Assembly: GCF_009914755.1 (NCBI RefSeq)
Contig: NC_060926.1
Source of the DNA: the human T2T-CHM13v2.0 reference genome, Homo sapiens
Length of the DNA stretch: 64,000 bases
Direction: 5' to 3' (one strand)
Under the pieces are notes generated by a model, which was given only the letters and a program-made list of their open reading frames with translations, did not search any database and was not told the DNA's origin. Made by a program: the position numbers and the translations under genes. The stretch's first letter is position 1. Every line of letters starts with the position of its first letter. Of the stretch, positions 41,371 through 57,289 are shown piece after piece.

Positions 41371-43123
41371 TTCAACCAACCCACACAACAAGGAGAAATG
41401 TAACAGTACCAAAAAGCACTGCTTGTGTTTGACAGTTCGACAGTGAAATGAACACAACCAGACTTGATCATTACACGTCGTATGCATGTAACAAAATATT
41501 ATATTATACGTACCCTATAAAAATGTGCACGTATTATGCATCGTTTAAAAATAAGTTAAATCATAGAGTTAAATTTCTTAGAAAAAGAAAATGAACACAA
41601 CCATAAAATATGCATAGGTATAAAATAGTTTTTTCATAAAAGGGGAATTCTGTTTGATGTCTTATTATACACATTGGAGAAATAAAATTTATTATGAAGG
41701 ATTTATATAGATTGTCCAATTTCGTGTATCTTTATAATATCAAAAGTTCCATAAAGAGAATTCACTTTGAGAATAAAATTATTTTCAAAAAGAATAGCTT
41801 ATAGATGTTAAGTGTTTTCATTGGCTGTCCATAGTACACCTCTTTATCCAAATATATTAGCATATTGCATATAAATTACTTTATTACCAAGAAATTCGGA
41901 AACTGAGTATACAAAATTATCAGTTTCTGTCTCAACTATTTTGAGATGGCAGTGAACAGACTAACTATGATTTGATGATAAACTAAAGAAAAATATCACG
42001 CTTTGTCGAATATAATCAATTTGGAATTGAAGAATTAATTGTGATGCAATTACATACTTTCTTAAAACTAAAAAAAAAAAAGTCAAATTGACTATCAAAA
42101 TGTCTTTAGCAGAAATATACTCACAGCTCTTTTTCAAAGCAAATGTACAAAATCTCCTACAGCCCCTTGCTGTCCAAGAGAGTCACGTGACGTAAAACAT
42201 CTTCCTCATCACCTCGGCCACACCAGTTCCCAATTCCATATGCTCACCTAACTGCACCCCTGTCCCCAAAGGCTCCAGTCTCCCTCAATCTTACCTGCCC
42301 TTTATGCAACATCATTTCCTCCCTGAGGCTCTTCCTTGGTCTTTCACTGAGCTCCCAAAATCCTAGATTCCAAAACCACTCTCAGCCTGTTACCATTCCC
42401 AAATCCAATAAGCAAACTATAGGACTTATGAACTCCAAAATAAATACCTGGGTCCCTACCCCAGGCACTCTGGATCCCCAGCTGATTCTGGGAAGCAGCT
42501 AAATTTGATAAGCCCTGGACTACACCATAGAAATAAGCATTTAGTTATAGGCATCACTTTCTCTGCTGTACATTGAGGGAGGTGGGCTGGAAAGATGATC
42601 TCTAAGGTTCCTTCCAGACAGATCTAACAGTCCAAGAGTCCAGACTCTATAGCTATTTCATGGATACTGGTTTCTCTCCACACAGACTCCATGCTTCTTC
42701 AGAGCAGGGGCCACATTACTTTTTCACTGTCCCCAAGCCAGCATGGTGTGTTATGCATAGAAGGAGCTCAATAAACTTGTGACTCGTGGGTTTCTATGAC
42801 TGTGCCCGCTGACTGAGGGTAACTAGTAAGCTGAGCCAGGCACTGCTGTGGCAGGGCTACTTGGCAGATCTTGTGCAGACACTGAGTTACATCTTGCTCC
42901 AAAGGAACCTCCCACAAAGGCATCAAGATGTCAACACTGGATTTACTGTGGTCAGAAAACTGTAGAAATCAAACTCTTTCAAATTCTAGTATACCAAAAT
43001 ACAACAAGTTCTGACTTTCTGTTTATATGTTAAGGAAACCACAGAAAGCCCTCAGAGATAATGTATCTGGTTTGTAAGAATTATGATGCATACTGCCATA
43101 GTGTCATAAGAATTCCCATATCT

Positions 43124-43450
<327 letters not shown>

Positions 43451-44609
43451 CTAATGGTGAGAAGAACGTATCATGGATCTTTTTGCTGGAATGACAGTGG
43501 GGTGATCCAGGTAACAATTCAAGTCCAGGAAGTATATTAAATGGGCTTGAATCTATTACCAAGGTTATTCTACTATTGAAAAAAGATGTTTCTAGCTGGC
43601 CTTCTGGAGTTGTCCAATGCCTGGCTACTAAACCTTCTTAACAAGAAAATCACCTTTGTTGAGATAATAGAAAAGCTAAGATTTATACAGAGAAACAACA
43701 TTCCACACATTTATAAAGGACTTAATAGCTTGAATCATTTCTATCTGTTATGCCATTTAAACCTCTTACAACAGCCCTTAGAGTTAGGCAAGACACACAT
43801 TATCTGCATTTTACAAATGAGAAAATGAAGCTTTGGAGAAGGTAAAAACCTACCCCACAGTGGAGCTGAAGCTCAACCCTAGGGCCTTACACTTCATCAG
43901 TGACCCCCTGAATGAGGGATTCTATAGAGGCAGATGTATGATGTCTGGCCAAGAAAGTACAGGTGTGGGTGTGTGTTGTTTACTGTATTTTGCTTGTTTT
44001 GCTTTTCATCTGAATGTATTGAAGCAAGGTAGTAGAGCTTCAAATGGACCACAAGCCCCATCACATCCAACTGTGATACTGTTTCAGACATTTATTTGGT
44101 CTACTTGGCCCTGAAGGTATTTGAATTTTTTACCCCTGTGCTAAATAATTATACTTACATACTTATATAAATAATTATATCTTCCCATCATGTAACATCT
44201 TATGAGCATATTCACTGCATATTTTATTTCTTCCTTATAATCCTGTTTACTCATTAGAGGACTAAGCTAAAAAAAATTGAATGACTTGCACAAGATCAGG
44301 ACCTAAAATCTAAATGTGTCATATAAGAAATTACATTATGTGAGAATTTCTTAAGCAGGTGTCAAGTTAAAATTCTTCAGAAAATCATTACATAAAAGTT
44401 TCTGAACTTGAGTACTCAAGTACTCAAATCTCTTTTGAGATTTGATTATTCTTACTTACAGGACTATCATTCAGAGAATATGCAGAAACAATGCTTTCGT
44501 GTTTCCATGGGCATGTCCTGAGAAAGTCATATTCCTTTATTTTTATCTCAAGTGTTCATGAACTTTCATTATCAAAGAAGAAAATAGGCAACTGTTTCTG
44601 AAAAAGGAA

Positions 44610-45240
44610 GTCATTCAACAAAATACTAGCAAAACAAATCCAGTGATATATAAAAGGATTACATACCATAACCAAGTGACATAGTCCAGGAATGCAAGGT
44701 TGGTTCAACATATAAAAATCAGTCAATGTATTAAAGTATACAAAAGTATATTAATAGATTAAAGTATATTAAAGTATATTAAAGTATTAATAGATTAAAA
44801 CCCATATGACCATCTCAATACATGTAGAAAAGCCTTTGACAAAAATCACACATCCTTTTGTGCTTAAAAACACTCAACAAACTAGGAACAGCAGGAAACT
44901 TCCTTAACCTGATAAAGGGCATCTATGAAAAACCAACAGATAATATCATACTCAACAGTGAATGACAAAGCTTTCCTTTCAAGATGAGAAACAAACCAAA
45001 GATGTCTACTCACTCCACTATTTAACATTCTCCTGGAGGTCCTAGCCAGGCCAATCGGGCAAGAAAAAAAAATTAAAAGCAACCAGATTGGAAAGGAAAA
45101 AGCAAAACTATCTCTATTCACAGATGACATAATCATGTGTATATATATAAAATCCTAAAAAATACACACACAACTATTAGAACTCATGAATACACTCAGC
45201 GAGGTCACAGGATACAAAATCAATATACAAAAAAGAAAGT
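44610..45240 (+). mobile_element. L1M ORF2 (reverse transcriptase region) fragment, degenerate
   Basis: ccaggaatgcaaggttggttcaacat; gaaaagcctttgacaaaa; ctctattcacagatgacataatc (LFxDD motif). Confidence 0.9.
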
Positions 45241-47565
45241 AAAAATATCAGTGATCCATGTTACCATCACTAAATAATCACTGGCACCTAAAAAGCTTCC
45301 TCTTTTAGTTTTATTACTCTCAACCTGGGATATAGAAATCTAAAATCCAGAGTTTACTTTAGCTTTTAAAACTATCTATGATATCAGGTTAAAAGAAACA
45401 TTTCCTGGCAGATGCACAGCTCTGGAAAATTTTGTTTTCCAAACGTCTGGAAAACAAAAGGAAAGCTTCCTTTGTTTACATAGCCAAGAAGGTTGAGTGA
45501 TGAGAATCAGAAAAGATTTTGAAGCAATACAAGATCTTCTCCTAGGGCCATTAGAGATCAGCTAATCTGTTCAAGTTTTAATTCTCTTCTAATGGGTTTC
45601 CTCAAAGTACTTTACAGCAGTTGCAATCAGTTCCAAATATTGCATCGTGATACTCACATAAACTGGAAAGTAACGGCTACATTTCCATTTATTTCATTTA
45701 TATTTTTACTTTGGCCAGTCTCGTAAAGATTTTAAAAACCATTAAGTACTTCACAATATTGGTGGGGACTGTTTCCTTCTTCATTTTCATTAGAATAAAC
45801 ACAGAAGTGGTATCTATCCTAATAATACAGAACATGCTTCTTAGGTAATATAAACCAAACACAAATAGAAAGAAGCATTGTTATACATTTTAAAAAAGTG
45901 TTACACTTATTTTTCTGCAGGCCTGAATACAGACCCTGCCTGCTCTAAAAGTCACGAGGTATAAAGTGTGAACCTATGCTCTGGGGGCTCCTGATAAGTT
46001 CCAGGAAACTCCTTTCACAGCCTCTATCTCAGGGCCACATCAAATACACGTTCACTCACTGGCCTCAACAGTCGATTATCACTCCCTATTTATTTGTAGG
46101 TTCACATATTTTTGCCATTTAAATTTTTTCAAAAATTAAAACCTGGCTCAAGTTACAAGTAAAGCTTGGGTTAAGGAAAGCATTCATGAAACACTTTGTT
46201 TTCTGTAAATCAGATAGTTTATTGCCTGGTTCCCTTCCAATATATATGTGGGCTTTACTCTCCATTCAGAATTTGATTCTAATTTTTAAGTGGCAAGCAA
46301 AGTCGAATTATTAATTAAAGAATCAAGACATATAAGTATACCTTACTCTCTACATGGTGAAGGCAAACACTTTCAAAGACAATTTCCCTAATATTTTAAA
46401 CCTATCACATGAAAACTTTAGCCCTTTGGATGGAAACATTTCACTGACTTTCTTCATCAGTCCCCCTTTTTTGCCATAAAAATTCACGAGATAATAAATT
46501 CCAGTAAAAAGAAAACCACACAGTAAGGCACAGATCTTTGATAGTATAAAAGAACATTATCTAATTTAATCCCCATAACAAATCAGTGACAGTATTATCT
46601 CATTTATATATAAGGAACCTGAAGCTCAGAGATGCTGAGTTACTAAAGATGGCACAGCTAGTAAATGGCATGTCAGAATCTGAACCCATTGCTGGATGGC
46701 TCTGAACCCTTTGCCCTTCCCAACATTAATTCGTGCCTTTCTGGAATTTTGCCAGCCAAGTGGATTTTTTTTAACCTAACTTAAAATATTCAAAAATAAC
46801 TAACGTTATTTAACGTCTTATTCTCTAAGATTTTTTAAAAAAACATTTAAAGTTATTTTTGTCATCTGTTTTAATATGTCCCAATCCCTTAAGCTAAGAA
46901 TCTATCATTTTTACTTTACCCAACTATCTCGTGATATAAATTAAGCCTGTTTACTCTTTCCAGGTCACTGAAGCAATGCTTCTTTCTAGAATTAGAGTCA
47001 TACAACTAGAAGAGATGGTCTGACTTTGTACAGACCATTTGTACACCATGTGTAGTTCCATTTCTAAGAAGAAACAGCAAAATGATCTACATGAAAAAAA
47101 AAATCACCTTACAATTTCAGATGACTTTCATGAAGTGGTTTTATAAATTGTATTGCTGTACCATCATTATTGTTATTAATGAAGTTACATTTAGGTGTTA
47201 TGGTAGATTTGACCAGATGTGGCAAACAGTTGTTACCATTGTCTTCATCCATAAAATTTGTCAAATTAGAGGTTTTATGGAGTATACAACTAATTGCAAG
47301 AAATTATATAGGCAGTGTATTTTTAACATTTTAAATACTAACAAAAACAGCAGGACTTAATGACAGTGAACTACAGACAATCCATGCACAGTGAAGCCTG
47401 TTTAATTAGAATTCCACTAGTCTAAAATCTGTAATAGCTTGAACACAATATACTATTCATTCTGAGTTTGAAAGTTCAAAATAAATCTCAAGATGTTTTT
47501 CCATATATACCTCACTGTACCTGCTGGAGACCATTTACATACATACATACATATATATATATATG

Positions 47566-47885
<320 letters not shown>

Positions 47886-47949
47886 TAAGGTCGCATGGGA
47901 CCTCAGTACTCATGCCCTCTGATTCTGTCATTAAGAGATACATATTACA

Positions 47950-48170
47950 GGATAGTGGTGATGTGTAGGGGCTCTGGAGCCAGGCTACCTGCATTAAATT
48001 CCCAGCTCTGCCTTACTAACTATGGGACCTTGGGCAAGTTACCTTGTGCCTTTGTTTCCTTCTCTATAAAATGGGGAATAGTAGAATCCACCCTACAGGT
48101 AATGAAGATTAAAAGAGATAATACATACCTGTGAAAGGCTCAGGACACTTCTTATGTGTAAGAAACACAA
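47950..48170 (+). mobile_element. MIR
   Basis: ggctctggagccagg...cccagctctgcc...accttgggcaagttacc...tataaaatggggaata. Confidence 0.8.
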
Positions 48171-48849
48171 CACCCTGAGGCCAGCTGGCCTAGATGTCTT
48201 TCCAAGGAAAATCTGCCATCAAACGTTAGGACAACATCGTGGGACTCCTGTCTTTTCTATTTGAAAATAGTTTTTAAAAATCCATTTAAAACAGCCCACA
48301 ATTAGACAAGCTCACTAATTTTTCCTGGCTATGTACCTTCACCAAATTACTTCTCAATCAAAATTACTTTAAATTACAGATAGTATGACATAGATGTATG
48401 CCAAAGGGGCTTATGCGGACTTTTAAGTCATATATTCAAAAATAACTAGGAAGAACCTACTAGTTTCCCTTTACAATCTGATGTTTCATATTACCCTCTT
48501 CTTTGTAGTTCCATTCTGTGAAACTTCCATTTCTCATAGGTATTTTGTTAAATATCACCCCTACCCACAAGGTTTATCCCAAAGTATCTACACAGATTCC
48601 ACCCTCGCGTTCTTCCTCTGATTCTGGGCCTGGCCTGCCCACATCTCCTCTGAGGCCTTCCTCCATCAGTTTGCCCATCTTTCCCCTCAAGAGTGGGAAC
48701 ACGCATAGCCGCCCTCCCACCTCCCATCCATTCTTTCACCCCCACTGCCAACTCCAAAAAGCAGCTGGTCACAGACCCCACTGGCTCATGGCCTCGCCCT
48801 GGCTGATCTTTCCTTTTCAACCCTCTTCACCGGCTGCTTTCCCTCCCAC

Positions 48850-49865
48850 TACACCGTGGTGCCTGCAGCCTACTTCTCATTCTCTCCTCCTCCGCCCTAG
48901 ACAATCTTGTCCAATCTCAAGGCTTTCACCAGCACCTGTATGCTGATAACGCCCACTTATTTCCATCCTGACCTTTTCCCTAAATGTCAGGATCTTTAGT
49001 AAACTTCCTAGAGACAATTTTATCTTCATGGTCCAAGGGCATTTACACGCAATACATTTAAATCCAAAGGGTTCCTCTTTCCCCACTCAGCTTGCTCTTC
49101 CTCCTACTTTCCCTATCTCATCACACAAGCTAGATAGCCTCAAAGCACCCTCATCCCCTTCTACCCAGAAAATGAGTGAATACTGTCTGTGTCATGCCCC
49201 CAACAGCTCTCTACTCCCTCTCCTCCTCTCCATCCTCACCGGCCCAGGCTAGTCAGCCCTCACTCCTCACTGACCTCCTGACCTTCAGACATGGCCTCTC
49301 ACAACCACCAGACTCATCCATCTATAGTGCCTTCTAGAAATAATAAAAAAATGCAAACGTGACCATTTTGCTCCCCTGCTTAAAGCCCTCATGCAGGCCA
49401 TCACCTACTGGAAAATGTTTGAGCTCCTTAGAAAGCCATGCAAGGCCCTCTGAGAGCTGCTCCCAGCTCCACTGCCCAACCTCCCATCCTGCCATTCCCA
49501 ACCTGAATGCCAGGGACCTGAAACTGACCTGCACTGGTCACTGCTATTGTTCACAACTTGCTAATTTTCACCTCTTTGCCTTTCCTTACATTATCGTACC
49601 TGCCATATCCCTACCCCGCTCCCAGCCTGGCTAACTCTTATCCTTCCTTTAAGACTGCAATCAGATGTCACTTTCTCTAGGAAATCATCCCTAAAATACC
49701 ATGCTGAGTAGGGTACCCCCGTACATACTCCACAGGATTTGGGGCAGGTAAAAAGTCTACTTAGACTAACGAAATAATCTGTTCTTATTACCAGGCTAAA
49801 ATATAAACATATCAAGGGCTAGAAATGTGGTCTCTTCACTTCTGTGTCTGGCTCAATAAAAGGAT
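48850..49865 (+). mobile_element. L2 LINE 3' region
   Basis: Pyrimidine-rich; tatgctgataacgccca, tcagatgtcactttctctaggaaatcatccct, ctcaataaa motifs. Confidence 0.65.
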
Positions 49866-49981
49866 GCTCATCTCAACCCAGACAACTAGAAATCCAGAGG
49901 AAGAAAGTTACAAAGAGCAGCTTCAAGCCCTCTATACTGTAGACGGATTGTGTTACATTATTATATATTTTAGGGCTCTAA

Positions 49982-50288
<307 letters not shown>

Positions 50289-50993
50289 TAAAATATTACT
50301 TTTGTCCTGCTGAGGAATAAAAGTAAGGAAAAGAAATCAATTTATGTAACTAATTATTTACCTAACTATTAGAAACCAACATACCCTACTTCCTCTCAGA
50401 CTCCAAAGAATTTTCTCAGGTGTTCCATTCATATTCAAAGATTAAACTCTACTTATTGAAAAAAATTAAAGGAAGTCACTTACAAGGATTGGTTCTCAAA
50501 AGCAGCTATGCCATGTTCTGGGGAAGGAACTACCTTCAATGAAAGGAACACAAATAAGAGAGTCCTGGTGTTACCCGCTGAGCTGTCCTCTCCTGCACGT
50601 AGACATGCTTCTGCAAAAAACTCAGCAGGCTCCAAGTCAAACTCTGTCCTGGGCTCTACAATATGCCGCCGCACGTGATGATCACTGGTGCTCAGGCAGA
50701 ACGGACTTTATCCACATCACTGTAACCTGAGCCCAGACTTCATCCTAGACAGTCACACAGCTAGGGCCACAGGTGGCACACCATGGTAAAAACGTGAGAC
50801 CATCTGATTATCCATCAAAACAGAGGGCCTACTGCACATAGACATAGATGTGAGTTGGAGTAGTGTGGTCTTCCCATTTCTGATGTTGCCATCTATTTCC
50901 TCGAGATGACAGACAGCTCATATATTTTGCTCAAAGGGTTGCTAGAGCTGTATCCTCCTTTAAGGTGAATCCTCATTTCTACTCCCACAACAG

Positions 50994-51514
50994 AAGTGGT
51001 CCTCAACCTCTTTGGCACCAGGGACCAGTTTTGTAGACGACTTTTTTTCCATGGACCAGGGGTGGAGAGATGGTTTCAGGATGGTTCAAGTGCATTACAT
51101 TTATTGTAGACTTCATTTCTATTATTACATTGTAATCTATAATAAAATAATTATACAACTCACCATAATGTAGAATCAGTGGGAGCCCTGAGTTTGTTTT
51201 CCTGCAACTAGAGAGTCCCATCTGGGGGTGATGGGAGACAGTTACAGATCATCAGGCATTAGATTCTCATAAGGAGAAACCTAGATCCCACACATGCTCG
51301 GTTCACTATAGGGTTCATGCTTCTGTGAGAATATAATGCCAGTGCTAATCTGACGGGAGGCGGAGATCAGGCAGTAATGTTAGCAATGGGGAGCAGCTGT
51401 AAATACAGATGAAGCTTCTCTTGCTCGCCATCCACTCACCTCCCACTCTGCAGCCCAGGTCCTAACAGGCCCCGGACCAATATTGATCCACAGCCCGGGG
51501 GCTGGGGACCCCTG
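50994..51514 (-). mobile_element. MER1A hAT-Charlie element
   Basis: gtggtcctcaacctctttggcaccaggg ... ggggctggggacccctg, ~520 bp. Confidence 0.88.
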
Positions 51515-53454
51515 CACTCCTTAACAGAAGAGGGGCCTGGCAGGATGTTTCAGAAAGTGGAAGGAAGTAAACATTTGAATCTTTAGCACACTGAGAAGGC
51601 CTGGCAAGGAACGTCTACCTGCTTCTTCCCAGGATGCTCTGAGCTTCTATTTTAGAAAACTACAGAGTCTATGGCCAGTGAAGATACCTACTTCACAGCC
51701 TGAGATAAAGTCCTCGGCCTCCAACTGTAGTTTCTACCTCAGCAGTTCTGAGAAAGGACACTAGAAGCCTCCCTGCCATGGAATATGATTGGTGGGACAA
51801 GAAGCAAGTGGGCCATGTGGGCAACCTATCTTCTCAACCAAGGCAGGGTCCCAGGGCAAAAGCCCAAACAATGCATCTAAAGGTCAGAACCTACCTGACC
51901 ATCATCAGTAGCTTTTTCTATTCTTAAGGAACTCCTGAATGTCGCTTCTTGGGACCCAACAGAGTAAACCTCTGAGTCTGACAGTCTTTTTTTTTTGGTG
52001 TGTGGTGGGGGGCGGGTTGTCTGAATCACCTGTTATTTGTACTATTTATTGATAGTAAACTGTATTTTCTTAAATGTAAAAGAAACTGTATTAATTTGAT
52101 GACACTAGTACTGAAGCAATAATCAAATACTTGCTTATCTTACTACGGGCCTGACCTACCTTCAGGCTTGAGGGCAACTGTTTTCCTCTCTCCTCCCCCA
52201 CAATCTGAAGGAAGAGTTAGAACAGTGGAAAGTAATGTTGCATATTACAAGAAATGGTTAAACACAATTAGTCAGATCATATAATGGACTATGACGTATT
52301 AAGGCAGTATCACGGCTACCAGGAGTACAGATACCAACTATGGCCCCAAATAATGCTAAACACTATTGCAAGAACTTCATCCACGAGTTCACGTGTCTCA
52401 AGACTGCAAGATTTAAATTTGCCCTACTATTCGTGAAAATTCACCTTTCTTTTCCAAATCTGGAATACCCCCCATTGTTTAAATCCAGTCTGGGTTTCTC
52501 TTGTCAGTAGCAGTCTTCAATGTCTACTTCAGAGAATGAAAATGTGTGTATGTGCACTCATGTGCTTATGTGCACGCACACACCCTCCTTAGAAAGATAA
52601 AGTCAATAAACTTCCTGTCAGTATCACAGAACATGCAAAGTCAATTGTGCAACATTTCCTTGCATTATCCATCCTATATGCAAACATTCTAATGAAATAG
52701 AACTGGAAATTACACATGGAAACTGCAGCTAAGTTTGGCCACCTAATGGACTCAGGGTACTCCAGTAACGGCGCAGAGAGAAGAAGGTTGGCCGAGCGGG
52801 GATGCAAGGTCCCCAACTGAAGTATCTGAAACCTACTATGGGTTCCACGTAGAGTCTTCAGTTGTGATTTCTCGTAGGACACTAGGAAAGTTGCAATTTG
52901 CAGCTATGGCCACGGGGTAGTGCAATAATTCTGCAAATAGCTGACCCCACCCCCAACACTCCCATCCCCCCAACCCCAGCCCTCCCAAAGACAGAATGGC
53001 TAGGAGAGAATGGGGACATTTGGTCTGAATCCTGGGCATCCACAGGGGTTACTGAGAGATTCTCCACAAATCCAAAAGTGTCTGTAAGACTATACAGTTA
53101 CTCTCAGCATTCGAGCCCGATACAACAGAAGGTCCCGGGCTTTGAAGGAATGATGAGAACTGAGAGGCTATAAAAAGTGATTAGCCTATTTATTACAAAT
53201 TGTGTTTACTTAGGTTTTTATGTTTACTTCCCACCATATCTCCACCAGAATACAATTAACCACCCCCTCACTCATCAGAATTGTATTAGAAAGACTCACA
53301 AAAATAAAATAAATACTGCATCTAAACGCAACCGTCAAGCTTTATGGAACTGTACTGTTATTACACAAAGGTGTCCCCAAAACAGGGAGAAGGAAATGCA
53401 AATTTTGAAAGGTCTTCTTTTCAAAGGAAATTTTTGTCCATTTAGTCCTTACAA

Positions 53455-53592
53455 GTCAAAGTTTGGTCTGTGGACCAAAACTAATACTTGGGAGCCAGTT
53501 AGAAATGTGGACTCCTGGTTCTATTAGATTAGAATGTGTATTTTAACAAGGCCTCTAGATTATTTGGATGCACATGGAAGTTTGAGAAGCAT
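53455..53592. mobile_element. MER5A-like element
   Basis: gttagaaatg...ttagaatgtgtattttaacaagg...aagtttgagaagca. Confidence 0.65.
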
Positions 53593-56500
53593 TCCCCGAG
53601 TGAGAGCTAAGCATACTGACCTATGCTCTCAAAACTATTTTCTACACCCTGGGTCTTTTCTTCTTCTACAAGCATTCTACATGAAAACAAATATATTTTG
53701 AAATTTTAAAACAAAAACAGATTATTTCCCAGAACTGGTGGTGATCCACTACAGTAAAGCCTCTTCCTATCTAAATTGCCAGGTAACTAATTAACATGTC
53801 AATGAACACTGGCTGAAATTCTGTTCTGTCACTTCATAACGCAGGTAAACAGTACAGATATGAGAAGAAAAATTTAAGACCAACAGACTCACATCATGGT
53901 CCTCTAGGGGATTTTCGAAACTAATTTCCTGCCCATATAAAAGGAAAAATAAAATTATTTCCAGTATCAAGTTAAGCACATAACTCTCTAAATGGAGTTG
54001 CTATGTTAAAGTGGTCTCCAAATTACAGTCATTTTTGTTTACCTCCGCTAACAATGAGCCTCCTGGGAAGAAATTATGTGAAGAAGTTTAAGTACCCTCT
54101 ATGCCTTTCTCCACAGGTGAGTGGGGAAATTGCAGAGGAAAAATACACAAGTGAATACAATTAATGACTTCTGCACTCTTTGATTCCTGCTACCCTGTGA
54201 GGGGAATGATCATAGAATTTTGAAGCTGGAAGGAATCTCGGAGATAGCCTATTGCTGCCGCTCTGCCTACCCAGGAATGTCTTTCTACAAAGTCAGGTAA
54301 TTGTTACCCTTTGAGACAGCCCACATCACATCACTGTTAAATGCTCTCACACCCACTGATCTTACTCGTGCCCTTGAGCAACCCAGAACAACTCTATTCC
54401 CACTTCCCAGCTAAATGCCTTCAAACACTTAAGGCCCCTATCATATCCCGGGTGGTAGTTTCCTTAGATTGAACCCATTTAGTTCCTTGGATTGGGTGGT
54501 GTCCTCTTACTCTGATATAAACACTGTGTATTTTGTTTCCAGTGAAACTAAATTATGATTAGCCTGACATAATTTAATGAGACCCACAGTGCCAAATGAA
54601 GTCATTCGATGTAATGGTTGGTAATGCAATACATTCTCAGTGAAACATAAAAGATTATGTAATGGTTAATAGATCTACATATGTGAGTAGTACCACCGTA
54701 AGTAAGAGCATATTTGTCTGCTGGACTATGATGCACGACTAAGAAAAGCTACCAACCTCTACTCAAAACCGTCCCAGGGTCCTGTTGCCAGGGACAGAAC
54801 GCTGCACCGCATGGACTGCTGAATCTGACCTTATGCGGCCTTTCTGTATTCTTCCTTGTTTATGAAAAAGAGACATTTTTAAGAAAGCAAAGGGTATAGA
54901 AGAGCTACATTTGGCATTCAGAGCAATTGACACTTTTATTACTTAACATCACAACCTTATGAGGTAGGCCAGTCTAAGTGCTGTCATTTTATAAGTGATT
55001 AAACCAAGACTGAGAATAGGAAATGAGAAAAATCATGAGCTGCCCAGGGCCAAACAGAAAGCAAGGTTGGGGCCAGCTGAATTCAGAAACCTCAATTAAA
55101 TTCCAAGACAAAAGGGAACAGCCAACATTGAAAATAAGTTTTATGGATTTCACTTTGAAATAAAACAACAACAAAAAAATTATGTTACCATTAAATGATA
55201 TTAAAATCGTCTTTTATGGGGCCTCGATTTTGCCACCAAGGCTTTATTCCCAAAAATTAAAATAAAAAAAAAATCAAACAGGCAAATCTATTCCAGGTTA
55301 AAAATTCCACTTACACACAAAATCTTGCATTCCATATTGAGAGGTTTTTTTTTCTTAATTTGCCTATTAATCTGTATTAAGCCAAAGGTCTTCGTTCAAG
55401 TTGCTCAAGTGTCATTGATTAGACCCATTGTAGTTAACAAGGACATTCTCCCAAAATAGATTCTTAGCATTTTAAAACCCTCCTACATTTTCACAAAAGA
55501 GAATCTGGAACACAGGAAGGAATCATTTCCCCACACACAATACTCATCTTCATCGTCATCCAGATACATTTGGTTAAAAACCTATCCACACATTAAGGTG
55601 CACACTCCCTGGGTTCCTCCTCCCTGGTATCCTCTGGGGCCCCAGCCCAGCTGGAGTCCCCAAGTTCTCGGCGCCCTGAACTAACCAGTCTCTCCACCCA
55701 GCTTTCTCCAAAACACGCCCCACACGAGGGCTGAGCTCCTCCACAGCGGATGCAACACTCCACTGCTTCCCATCGAGGCCCCCTGCCTCCTCCAGGCTGA
55801 TGAGCAGCCCCTTCCCCACTGCTGCCCACAGCCCTAGCCCTGGAAGCCACTCTTCTGAGAAGGCTTTGCCTCCTCGTACCTGCCGAGGCCCCTCCAGGCC
55901 CATGCTGAGGGCCAATGAGAGCCACGCAGTCAACTACACGGTGACCTTCGGCCAGTGTGAGTACACGCAGCTCTGCAGAGCTGCTGTCTACCAATCAGCT
56001 CCAGGACATCTGGGGCTCAGACAGGTGCACTCTCCTTCTGCCCTTTCTTTGTACTCTGTTTTGACCCATAAGGACTGACCAAAAGGATAGGAATAGGCCT
56101 TAAAATGTTTGCTTTACTGCAGCTGGAGGAAAGGGTTAGAGGCACCTGAAGGTCAAGATCAGGGATCTGTAGCATTTTCTGGCACTATGAAGTAAAGTCT
56201 AAAAAGGCCTGGAGGAAGCCACCCACTGGCCTGCGCATGCCCCCTGGCAGTTGATTTGAAGACAAGCAAAAGCATCAGCGGGCACTACTAGGCAGCATCC
56301 TTAGGGAGACTAAACTGCTAGTGCCTCTGCATCCCTCCCTGCCTGTGTTAGCCTACCTTCACCAAACAAGATCCACACTTTATTCCCTCCATGTTTCTAT
56401 TCACAGTCTTCCCACCACGTGGTTTTCCTCCTTTCCATTTCCTCCTGAAATTCTACTCCAGGACCCATTTCAAATGCCACCCCACCATGAATATCTTACT

Positions 56501-57289
56501 TTCAACAGGATGTGCCCATGCCCCCTCAAGCAGGCAGTGTCAGCCTTGGATTACAGGTATTTATGGGTATGGCTTATTCTCCTATTAAGTTCCCAAAAAA
56601 CACACTGTCCTTTGCATCCTGTACAGCAGGGTTTCCTAAACTGCAGGTTTCAGCCTATGAATGGGAAATTCTAAAAAAAAGAAAAAAGAGAAAGAAAGAG
56701 GATAGGAAATATCCAAGTGTATCACACATAGTAATAAGCGTTATTTCATGATGCTCTTGTTTCACTTACGTGTATGCATGTTCAAGGGGTGGTGGGTGGC
56801 AGTGTTAAACGTGTATTTGTTACTGGGGGTCATGGTCTGAAGCATTTGAAAGTCACTGCCCTGATGGTACCTCTCCTCTGTCTAATATTCTGTGAATGCT
56901 TATTGAATTGAACAGGTTGATGAGTATGAAATGATCCATGTATTATAACTTCAAAGGCTCCAACTTAAAGGAATATAAAGAATAATGCCTATCCGAACAA
57001 AAGTGTGTGGATTCTGGCTTATATGAAGCTGTGGAGGAATGGGGTGAGTGGTAGGGAAGATCAGAATATTTATTATACTGTTGTATGTTGATAGACTTTC
57101 TCTCCAATGATTAAAATGTGTTAACATTTAAGGAAGATGAAATACAAGTTCATTTTGGAAAACTTTTCTCATTCACTGAAACTACCTCATGACTACAAAG
57201 TTCTGCATCTTTAAAAGAGACAGTATAGGTAATTCCACCATGATGCATAAAATGATCTTTTAGAGACACCATGAAAGCCCTTGTTCAAG

